From Ginglymostoma cirratum (taxonomy: Eukaryota), in NCBI GenBank assembly GCA_024137785.1, contig JAHRHZ010000017.1:44361983-44425982 (forward strand): DNA of 64,000 bases, in the 5' to 3' direction. Positions 47,101 to 59,100 of this stretch are shown here, one piece after another; the first letter of the stretch is position 1, and every line of letters begins with the position of its first letter. Below the pieces are notes generated by a model. The model had not been told where the DNA came from. It worked only from the letters and a program-made list of their open reading frames with translations, and did not search any database. The translations under genes were made by a program, and so were the position numbers.

Positions 47101-50100
47101 GGAATATGCAAAAGGCCCCAACTACCTGATTTTCAGACTGAGGATGATCAAAAGCATAGGCGAGGCATCTGTCGTTAACAATAAATCATTACTTATTACA
47201 AGCCATTAGGTTCTATCTATAGGTAAACAATTAAACTAAATTAAGCAATCTCTACACACCAAAAGTCTAACCCCCTAATAAACTCCCCCTTTCACATACA
47301 CAGACAAATCTAAGCACAGGGGTATAGGGAAACCTGGAAAAGCATTTCTCTAGAGATAAAAGGTACTGCAGATGCTGGAGAATCCGACATAACAAGCACG
47401 GGGCTGGATGAACACAGCAGGTCAAGCAGCATCATAGGAGCAGGAAAACTTGACGTTTCGGGCCTAANNNNNNNNNNNNNNNNNNNNNNNNNNNNNNNNN
47501 NNNNNNNNNNNNNNNNNNNNNNNNNNNNNNNNNNNNNNNNNNNNNNNNNNNNNNNNNNNNNNNNNNNNNNNNNNNNNNNNNNNNNNNNNNNNNNNNNNNN
47601 NNNNNNNNNNNNNNNNNNNNNNNNNNNNNNNNNNNNNNNNNNNNNNNNNNNNNNNNNNNNNNNNNNNNNNNNNNNNNNNNNNNNNNNNNNNNNNNNNNNN
47701 NNNNNNNNNNNNNNNNNNNNNNNNNNNNNNNNNNNNNNNNNNNNNNNNNNNNNNNNNNNNNNNNNNNNNNNNNNNNNNNNNNNNNNNNNNNNNNNNNNNN
47801 NNNNNNNNNNNNNNNNNNNNNNNNNNNNNNNNNNNNNNNNNNNNNNNNNNNNNNNNNNNNNNNNNNNTGCTTGTTATCAAAGCATTTCTCTAGTCTTTGT
47901 TCACAAAATCTATTGGGTTGGTTCTTGTTGATCTGAAATTTTCTCCTTGAATTTCCTTTTTCTGAATGCCTCCACTGGATTGCAGGAGGCACAGGGTGGC
48001 TACTTTCCTTTTGAAATGTCTCTGATGTATGCATTCCAAAGTCACGACTGACTAGAAGGAAAAGTAGACAGGTTTTCTTCAGGTTTAAAGTGGCTTCCTG
48101 CAGAGAACTATGTGTTTTGGCTGCTGCAGGTTTGTTATCTTCTGATCCGATAAAACTTCCCGCTATCTTGTTCAGCTGTTCTGCTAATTGGCAACCTCAT
48201 TATTGGTAGCTAAAGGATTTTTAAAAATTAATTAATTTATTCATTCACGGGATAAGGGGCGTTGCTGGAAAGGCAGCATTTATTGCCCATCCCCCATTGT
48301 CCAGAAAGATTCAACCACATTGCAGTGGCTCTGGAGTTACATAGGCCAGACCAGGTAAGGATAGCAGTTTCCTTCCCTAAAGGACATTCATGAACCAGAT
48401 GGGTTTTTCCGATAATTGACAACGGACTCACGGTCATCATTAGATTCCGAACTCCAGATATTTATTGAATTCAAATTCCACCACCTGCTGTGGCGGGATT
48501 CGAACCTAGGTCCCCAGAATGTTATCCGAGTCCCTGGATGAACCGTCCAGCGATAATACCACAAGGCCCTTGCCATTGGCCTTTAGTCAAATTGTCTTTG
48601 GTCCACAAACCACAAACAGGGTTCATAAAATGTTTCAAATACCTTACTTCCAAAACATGCAGCCATCTTTGTAAATCCCTGGGTTGCAAACCAATTCTTT
48701 CTCATTTCGTCCACGATTTAAAAAGAAAAACAAAATTCAAAAGACATGGCCTTTACATTGGTTGTCTGTGGTGCAGGAATTGAATTTCTGCAGTGCATCT
48801 TGTTGATGGCGCACACAACGGTTACTGAGTGTTGATGGTGGAGGAAGTGGATGTTTGTGGATGTAGTGTCAATCAAGCGGGCTGCTTTGTCCTGGATGGT
48901 GCCGAGCTTCTTGAGTGTTGTTGGAGAGACACCCATCCAGGCCAAGGGGGAGAGTTCCATTACACTTGTGACTTGTGCCTTGTCGATAGAGGACGAGCTT
49001 TGACGAAACAAGAGATGAACTAGTTGCTGCAGGTTTCCTAGCCTCTGACCTGCTCTTGCGGCCGCTGTATTTAATGGCTAGACCAGTTCAATTTCTGGTC
49101 AACGGTAATGTCCAGCTGTTGATTGAGTATTCAGCGATGGTAAAAATATTAAATGTCAATGGACTGATGGTTAGACTTTCCCCTCAAAGCTAACCACCAT
49201 CTACAAGGCACAAGGCAGGAGTGTGATGGAATGCTTCCCACTTGCCTGGATGGGTGCAGCTCCAACAACACTCAAGAAGCTTGGCACTATCCGGGGCAAA
49301 GCAGCCCCCGCTTGGTTGGCACCACATCCAAAAACATCCACTCCCTCCACCACCGACGCTCAGTAGCATCAGGATGCACCATCTACAAGATGCACTGCAG
49401 CAATTCACCCAAGTTCTCTTTAGACAGCACCTCCCAAACCCATGATCGCTAGCATCTAGACGGACGAGGGCAGCAGAGACACGGGAACACCACCACCTGC
49501 AAGTTCCCCTCCCAAGCCATTCTCCATCCTCACTTGGGAATGTATCACGGTTCCTTCAGCATCACTGGATCAAAATCCTGGAATTTCCACACTGATGGCA
49601 TTGCGGGTGCACCTACAGCACATGGACAGCAGCAGTTGAAGAAGGCAGCTCACCACCACCTTCCCAAGTGTTAGAAATGCTGGCCCAGTCAGTGATGCCC
49701 ACATCCCATGAGTCAATCAAGAAAGAATATAGACCTCACTTTAAAGTGTCATCTGAAAGGCAGACCAACAACAGCCTTTTATATGTGGTACAGCAGCACA
49801 ATGTTTATGTAGATCATGGATTGGGATATAAATTAATGACTTTGTTATGTGGAGACTAGGGTCGAATCCGACATCTTTCTGACTTTTATTGCCGCATTTT
49901 AAGCTTGAAAATCCTGTAGGTAGGTGGTTGCGGACGCAGAGCGTGGATGATTGATAAGTAGGTTTCTGAATTCTCCACCTGATTGAATCGCCATAACATA
50001 TGTTCGAGAAAACTAAACTGGCTTTGGGGTTGCCACTGACAAATGGCTTGCCTTTTCATGGGAGAAAAGTGTTTGGGGAAGTTCCTGCAGAGAGTTCAAA

Positions 50101-53100
50101 GAATCATACAATACATGGAAAGGCCCTTTGGCCTATTAAGTCTGTACTGCCAAAACTGCACTGAATCTACATTAGTCCCACCAGTTCTAATTGCGGCATA
50201 CAGATTCCCCCTTTTTATTGTTTATCTGTTGGATTCTTGTTTTCGCTATCGCGTGCCAATGTTTGGTTTCCCATGTGGACGTATTAGGACTGATTTTTAC
50301 AGTCAACGCAGGGAGCATTGGGTGGGAATTTGCAGATCTTGGGCATATTTTATGTTCGCACATTTAAAACATGATGCAGATGGTCCTATCACATCTTCAG
50401 GAAGCACTGCTGCGTTTGAGCACTGTTTGTGAGATTAGCCTTCAGAAAAGATTCAGCACCTCGTGTGACCCGGAGTTTTGAGTGGTTGGCGCTGCAAGTG
50501 TGCATTAGTGCTTCAAGATTCACAAAGGTGTCCTTCCCTCTCCTGACCCATGGATTGAATGTTCGTAACAATTTGCTTTTTGTGTTGTCAGGCTGTCTGT
50601 ACGCCCTTGCTCCCTCATCAGAAGCAGGCACTATCGTGGATGGTACTGAGAGAGAATAATGCGGATCTGCCTCCATTCTGGGAGCAAAGGAATGACATGT
50701 ATTATAACCTGCTGACAAACTTTGCAGAGAAAGAGAGACCCGAAAATGTTCGTGGAGGAATCCTGGCTGATGACATGGGCTTGGTAACTATATCTTTGTA
50801 AATGTAACTTAGGGACTGCACATTTTTTTTAAAAATTGTTATCCTATACTTGAATTGCCGAAGTAAAGCAACAGGCAGCCATCCCAACCCCACCAGGTTG
50901 ACAAAGCACAGGGAAGGAGAGACCCATCCATTGACAGAACTGGGGAAGGAAACAAACGAGGAGGGAGATGTAGAAAGATTGGATGGAGGGTAGGTGACTA
51001 TACTGAATGGGGAGAAAACAAAGTCTTAATAGTTTCAGTCAGGAAGTGATAATCTCTCCGCAGTCAGGAGCAGCTGATTCTATAAATTAAGGAAGAAATA
51101 CTTGTCTATGTCTAAAAAAAGAGTGGAAGCACTTTGCATTCAAATTTAATTCCACAAACACAGAAACAGGAGTAGCTATTCAGCCCCTCCTGACTTGCTC
51201 TCCAATTTGGTGAGATCATGACCAATTTGGTTTTTAGCTCCATTTACAAATTCTGACCCCCTTCTTTAAAACCGTTGCCTAAGAAAAATCAATCAATTTC
51301 AAGGAGGCCGTGATGGCCTAGTAATATTGTTGCTGGACTGTTAATCCTGAGACCCAGGTAAATTTTCTGGGACCGGATTCGAATCCTACCACGGCAGATG
51401 GTGAAATTTGATTTCAATGAAAATCTGGAGTTTGGAGTCTAATGATGACCGTGAAACCATTGTTGATTGTTGGAAAAACCCACCTGGTTCACTGATGTCC
51501 TTTAGGGAAGGAAACTGCCATCCTTACCTGGTCTGGTCTACATGTGACTCCAGACCCACAGCAATGTGGTTGAATCTTTCTGGGCAATTACGGATGGGCA
51601 CTAATTAATGGCTTAGCCAATGATGCCCTCATCCTATATGAATTAAGTTTTTAAAAAGTTTATCAGTTTTCTATTGACTGAACCTCAATAATGTATTTTG
51701 AGATGGAGAGTTCTGGAGTTCCATTAAGCTGTATGTGATGAAGTTTTCTTTGGCATCACCCATGACTGGCCTGGCTTTATTTTTAAGGTTATGCCTTCTC
51801 ATTTTGGATTTTCCCACAATAGAGGAATTAGTTTTTCTTCTAAAAGATACTGGCAAGCTCGATAAACGTCATAAACATCTCAGGACAAGGGCAGCAGATA
51901 CATGGGAACACTACCGCCTGCAAGTTCCCCTCCAAGCCACTCACCATCTGGACTCGGTAATATATTGCCATTCCTTCACTGTCGCTGGGTCACAGTCTTC
52001 TCCCTAAGAGCCTTGTGGGTATACCTGTAGCACATAGAACATAGAACATTACAGCGCAGTACAGGCCCTTCGGCCCTCGATGTTGCGCCGACCTGTGAAA
52101 CCAATCTGAAGTCCATCTAACCTGCACTATTCCATTATCATCCATATGTTTATCCAACGACCATTTAAATGCCCTTAAAGTTGGCGAGTCTACAACTGCT
52201 GCAGGCAAGGCATTCCATGCCCTTACTACTCTCTGAGTAAAGAACCTGCCTCTGACATCTGTCCTATATCTATCACCCCTCAATTTAAAGCTATGTCCCC
52301 TCGTGCTAGCCGTCACCATCCGAGGAAAAAGGCTCTCACTGTCCACCCTATCTAATCCTCTGATCATCTTGTATGTCTCTATTAAGTCACCTCTTAACCT
52401 TCTTCTCTCTAACGAAAACAGCTTCAAGTCCCTCAGCCTTTCTTCATAAGACCTTCCCTCCATACCAGGCAACATCCTGGTAAATCTCCTCTGCACCCTT
52501 TCCAATGCTTCCACATCCTTCCTATAATGCGGTGACCAGAACTGTACGCAATACTCCAAGTGCGGCCGCACCAGAGTTTTGTACAGCTGCAACATGACCT
52601 CACGGCTCCGAAACGCAATCCCTCTACCAATAAAACCTAACACACCGTACGCCTTCTTAACAACCCTGTCAACCTGGGTGGCAACTTTCAGGGATCTATG
52701 CACATGGACACCGAGATCTCTCTGCTCGTCCACACTACCAAGAATCTTACCATTAGCGCAGTACTCTGTATTCCTGTTACTCCTTCCAAAGTGAATCACC
52801 TCACACTTTTCCACATTAAACTCCATTTGGCACCTCTCAGCCCAGCTCTGTAGTTTACCTATGTCCCTCCGTAACCTGCAACATTCTTCCGCACTGTCCG
52901 CAACTCCACCGACTTTAGTGTCATCCGCATGGACTGCAGTAGCTCAATAAGACAGCTCGCCCTCACCTCTCCAAGGGTAACTAGGAATGGACGATCCATG
53001 TTGATCCAACCAATCATGCCCGTGTTCCACAAGTAAATTAAAAACAAAAGCTATATTGCCTCTTAATACTCAGGGGAATATAAACCCAGTCTGTGCGATG

Positions 53101-56100
53101 TGCCTTGACAGTTTTAATGATTTTAGCAGGGTTATATTCTGGTGAATCTGGTACACTGATTTCAAGGCTGAATGATTTGTGTTTTCTTGACCGATGCTTC
53201 GTGGCATGCTGAGTAATTTCTTTTTTGGCCTGAACCTCCGTTTTTGCATCTGGATATATAAGCAGTATTTCCATTATTGGCCACTTCAGTTCTGTGGTCA
53301 GAATCATTCACAACCCAGTGTCTTTTGAATGAATGGCTGACTACATTTGTGCAGGTTATTTTTAGCACCTGTGAATGGTTCTGGTTCTCTGTCAACCGGA
53401 ATTACAGAGTAATTTTTAGTCTTCACAACGTGAGTTAAACGGATATCATTAGTTAGTACCTTTTGAAGGGCTTTCTTTTGCAGGTTTTTAATTCAGGAAA
53501 ATAAAAGGGAGGCCCAAGATTGTTATGGGACTTGACTGGATTGGTGTGGAAAGTATGTTTCCCCTGTGGGAGAGTCGAGGACCAGAGGGCATAATCTCAG
53601 AATAAGGGGTCATTTATTTAAGAGAGAGACAAGGAGGAATCTCTTCTCTGAGGGGAGTGAATTGGTGGAACTCTGTATCACAGAGGGCTGTTCAGGCTCA
53701 GTCATTAGGTATATTCAAGGCTGAGGTAGATTACTCATTGGTAAGGGAATCGAGGGTTTTGGGGAAAAGGCAGCAAAGTGGATTTGAGGGTTATCAGCCA
53801 TGATCTCATTGAATGGTGGAGCAGACTGCAATGAGCTGAATGGAGCAGAAGTTGGCCAATGTCTTATGATCTTTAACCCCATGTGCAATGAAGATTCCAG
53901 CCTCGGGTGACTGTGTGGAGTTTGCACATTCTCCCCGTGTCTGCGTGAGTCACCTCTGGGTGCATCGTTTTCTTCCCACAGTCCAAAGACGTGTAGGTTT
54001 GGTGGATTGACCGTGCTAAATTGCCCATAATGTCCAGGGATGTAAAGGCTAGGTGTGTTAGCCACAGGAAATGCAGGGTCACAGAGATAGGATTGGGGTG
54101 GTGGGTCTGTGTGGGCTACTGTTTTCAGGGTTAGTGTGGACTAGATGGGCCGAATGGCCTGCTTCCACACTGGAGGGATTCTATGAAACATAATCTCAGC
54201 CTTATTCCATTGTTAACACCTGTACAGGATGGGTTGAAGGGCTAGAAGTTAATGATGATATTCAACAGCTGCATGAGAAAATAGATCGTACAGGATGGGC
54301 TAAAGGGCTAAAATTGTTGATGACACTCGACAAGCTGCATGACCTTGAGGCTACTTTCTTTTCATATCTCTGAATTGGAGGAAGAGTTGGATAGCAGCTT
54401 AATCACTGCGTTTTGATTCACGGCTACAGTTTGCTCATATTTGGGACAAAAATCTTTGATTATGGCTTTCCACGCCTCGTAAAGTGGATTTTTCTTTTTG
54501 CATTTTTCTAGGGAAAAACACTGTCGACTATTGCAGTAATCCTTACAAATTTTCACCAGGGACAGCCACTCCCCACTGAAAAGTTCACACGGGGACCAGT
54601 GGTAGAGGAGGTAAGAGTTAAAACAGATGCCATATTTATATTTATTTGCTTAATGAATAATCATAGAGAAGAATCTTGCTTCTTTTTGCGTGAATAATTT
54701 AGATGAATATCCATTAAACAATAAATGGATCACAGTGAACGTTGATGCGCTGTAGATTCCGCTCCTGTATCCCCTAGAATGGTCAGGGACAGGTCAATAC
54801 ACTGGTTCCTCCTGAAACAGAGATAAATGTTTTTCCAACTGACTTGTTCCCTGCGATGGATCAGCTGTTTATTACAGTTGGTGGTTTTCAATCACTGTGC
54901 AACCTCCTTCAGTTGTAATCCAAGCTGGGAGTGTAAGAGCACATTCCGCTCTGTGTCCGATCTTTCATCAAACATTATTTAAAAAAGGCTTGGACAGGCC
55001 TCTGGGACTGAGTGTGATGAGTGCTCCTGAGTAACCAATAGTGGACATTTCTCCTGTCTCCGACAAACAGGAGAATCTTGACCTCAATGCCTTTCCATAA
55101 AAGCTCAGTATTCCAACAGTTTAGACCTCTCCACCCACTGGCCCGTTTATGACTCACAAAACTGTTGAACTCCTTTTCATATGGTGGGCTTTCTTTGACC
55201 TGCACCATATTTTGCACATTGGCTGTGGCCACTGACAGGGTCAACTATACAAGTCATCAGCCTTCATGTCTACCTTTTATAAACAGATGGACTAATCTTT
55301 TAAAAGTAGCCATTTTTCTAAGTTAGCCCATCCTGTGTACTTGCGGGTTAGAGTAATTGGACAAAACAGTATGGCCACCACTCACATGGAGATGGGGTGG
55401 GACATCAGTGGACTGTGGCAAACCCTGAAGTATCTGCACCATCCTGCCTCAGTGAGGTCACATGTCCTGGGAAGGGACTTCAGCAGCAACATGTGCAGTC
55501 CCTCAGCCCACCTCCAGGTGGTGTCACCTCGACTGCTGCTCTGTTGTTGCTGTCCCCCTCCTTCTGCCCAGCCATCTCTAACCATCACACCTCCCTTCCT
55601 TTTCCTACCCGATCTGAGTAGCTGATAAGTTTTGATGGTACGGGGATAAGCAAATGCTGAATTCTTTTCTACCCTTTTTAAATGTAGGAACCACTTGGGT
55701 TTGCTGATGCTTTGGGGAAATCGTCTGCACATCAAGCTAACATGGAGCTATCCAGTACTTTCAAAACACAAACAGGTAAATTTGTTGTCTTTACCATAGT
55801 CATGAAAGGTAGTTGAAGGGGTTAGGCCCGAAACGTCAAGTTTTCCTGCTCCTATGATACTGCTTGACCTGCTGTGTTCATCCACCCCCATGCTTGTTAT
55901 CTCCGTTCCTCTGTGAAGTTGTTGGGGCGTTATTGATGTAGGAGACATGCTTTCTATGTACAGTCTTTGGTTCTTGTAACATTCTCCTTGATAGCAAGAT
56001 GGTCGAGGAGCAGAGATACCCTGAGCTCTATAATGTTGCCTCACAAGGTACCACTGGTTCTAAGACTATAAGGTCTTGTTATTTTTCTACTGTGTGCAGG

Positions 56101-59100
56101 TCTTGGAGCCAAGTAAGGATTCTGTGAGCTGTGAACTACGATATCATGATGGGTATCTGGAAGTGATTACAATGCTGTAGTCAGACTATTGATAAACTAG
56201 AAAAATTCTGATCAAGTCGTTCTTAGTTGTTAGCTAGACCCCTCATGTTAGTGTTTCTTTTTTCTTATGGTTCATGTTGAAACATAAGTTGTTTAAAAAA
56301 GAAATATGATCGGACAGTCATGGAGATAATAGACTCTGTATTCGTTGGTTCACTGACCAGCCAGCGCGGACTTTTAAGTGTTGACTTGAACTGTCATGTT
56401 TGAAGGAAACGAAAGGCTTTCTAGTAACTGGGTGTTTTGAGTGTCATATTGGGAGCAGTTTCTCTCTTTGACTCCAAAACTGCGGAATACTCTGTGAATG
56501 TGAGTAAGTTTATTTGAGAGGCTTGTGAACCTGGGGTTTGGGTGGCTGCCGTGCAGTATGTCTGTCTGTCTGTCTTACTGCGCTACAGTTGTATTGTGCT
56601 ACACCATCAATCTAGTGCTGATGGATGTCTTGATGGCAGGAGGGTCCCATCTCTGTGCTGCAGTGCAGTTGGCCAGTGCAGTCCCTTTCTACCTGAGAAT
56701 GTTAAATATCCATTCCCTTTTCATCATTGCAAATAATGTAGGTGCTGACAACAGGAACCAGGCCACTGTGATCGATACCACAGGAAGCATTAATTCCTCG
56801 GGATCGAAACCACTTGCGTCTTCATATCCCAAAAGGTAATGGACTGTCATTTTAACCTGCATCCTTGCTGCTAGTTACTTCCTTCTGCATTTGTATACTG
56901 AAGTTACAGCTTTTAATTTGCATAATTTTAAACAGTTTGTTTTTACACTTCACGGTTGTCTGTTGCTTGCTTAGCTCATCTTTATGAGCCAATTACTGGG
57001 GAAAAAAACAGAAGTTGCTCTAAAAACTCAGCAGATCCGGCAGCATCTGTGAAGGAAAAAATACAGAGTTACCGTTTCAGGTCCGGTGACCCTTCCTCAG
57101 AACCGGACCCGAAACATTAACTCTGTTTTTTGCCTTCACAGATGCTGCCAGATCCGCTGAGCTTTTCCACCAACTTCTGTTTTTGTTCCTGACTTATAGC
57201 ATCCGCAGTTCTTTCAGTTTTTACTAAGCTAATTACTGGAGGTGTGCTAGACAACATTCAACTCTGTTAAGCCTTTGCATAATGTGAATGCTGGCGCCTG
57301 GAGAGCTGTCATACTGGACTGGGGAGTGTTGAGTCTGTTTCTCTCTCCACAGATGCCGTCAGACCTGCTGAGTTTTTCCAGTAATTTGTGTTTTTATTTC
57401 TGTTCAAGCCTTTGTGTGCTGAATACCCTGGAAGTCACCAAGCGACTTTCTTCCACACTCCAAAGAATATAGACAATGAGGTGACTTTTTTGAAACATAC
57501 AGGATTTTTCGGGAACTTGACAGGGTAGATGTGGAGAGGTTGCTTTCCCTCCTGGGAGAGTCTCAGATCAGAGGGCATCATCTCGGAATAAGAAGTCACA
57601 TGTTTGAGACAGTAATAGTGAGGGTTTTCTTCTCACAGAGGGTTATGAATCTGTGGGATTCTTTACTGCAGAGAACTGTTGAGGCGGGGTCATTAAGTGT
57701 ATTCTTAGGAGACAGATTTTTAATCAGTAAAGGAATCAACAATTAAAAGGAAAAGGCAGGAAAGTGTGGTTGCCGATTCTCAGATCAGCCGTGAACTCAT
57801 TGAATCCTGTCATTGAGGCCAGGCGACACGGTGGCTCACTAGTTAGCACTGCGGCCTGCCAGCGCCAGGGACCCGGGTTCGATTCCACCCTCGGGTGACT
57901 GTCTGTGTGGAGTTTGCACATTCTCCCTGTGTCTGTGTGGGTTTCCTCCCACAGTCCAAAGATGTGCAGGTTAGGTGGATTGGCTGTGATAAATTGTCCG
58001 TAGTCCAGCAATGTGCAAACTAGCTGGATTAGCCTTGGGAAAGAATGTTCCAGATGTTGGGGAACTAGGGGCCACAATCTATGAATAAGAGGTAAGCAGT
58101 TCAGGACTGAGATGAGGAAGAATTTCTTCACTCAGAGTTGTGAACCTGTGGAATTCTGTACCACAGAAATCTGTTGGTCAAGAGGGAACTGGATGTGGCC
58201 CTTGTGACTAAAGAGATCATGGGGAGAGGGCGGGAATGGGATACTGAGACTGCACGATCCTATAGAATGGTAGTGCAGCCTTGAAGGGCCAGTAGGCCTC
58301 CTGCACCTATTCCCTGTGCTTACGGGAATAGGGTAGAGGTGGTGGGTCTGGGTGGGATGCTCTTTGGAGGGTCATTGTGGACTCGATGCGATGAATGGCC
58401 TACTTCTCCTATGTCTTGCGCTGTTCGGGGAGTCACTCACATACCTATTAATGTGGAACTTTTTCTACAGATACCAAGCCATCTGAAGTTCAGAGCAAAG
58501 CAGAAACAAAGCATTTACGCTGTGCCCAGCTGATCATTGCTTCAAATCTCTTCCGTTTAGGATACTCTGCAACACATCATGCCCATGACGTGTTTTCTTG
58601 AGTGCTAGAAAACTACTGACTCCCTTAGCCTGAGTTACCATTCTCCCCTCTGTGTGCTTCAGTTCCCATTCCAGAGAGTTGAGTACTAAACCCAGGCAGG
58701 TATTCCCAATACAAAACAGGGAAATGCTGCACTGTCGAAAGCACCATCTTTTGGATGAAATACTTCCCCAAGGCCAAGTGTTTTTTATTTTATTTCTTCA
58801 CGGGATGTAGGTGCCCAGCACTTATTGCCCATCCCTAATTCCCCAGAGGGTAGTTGGGAGTCATCCACATTATTCTGGAGTCACATGAAGGCCAGGCCAG
58901 GTCAGGATGGTAGATTTCCATCCCTGAAGGGTATTAGTGAACTCAGTCGGTTTTTCCACTAATCCACAGTAGTTCCTATTCGGCCAGATTTTTATTGAAT
59001 TCAAATTTTGCTATCTAATACGACGGAATTCAAACTCATTTCCCAGAACATGAACTTAGGGCTCTGGATAACTGCCAGTCTAGTGAAATTACCACTAAGC

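Noticed and set aside
47432-48034. ORFs spanning poly-X
   Set aside because: Artefacts of the N gap.
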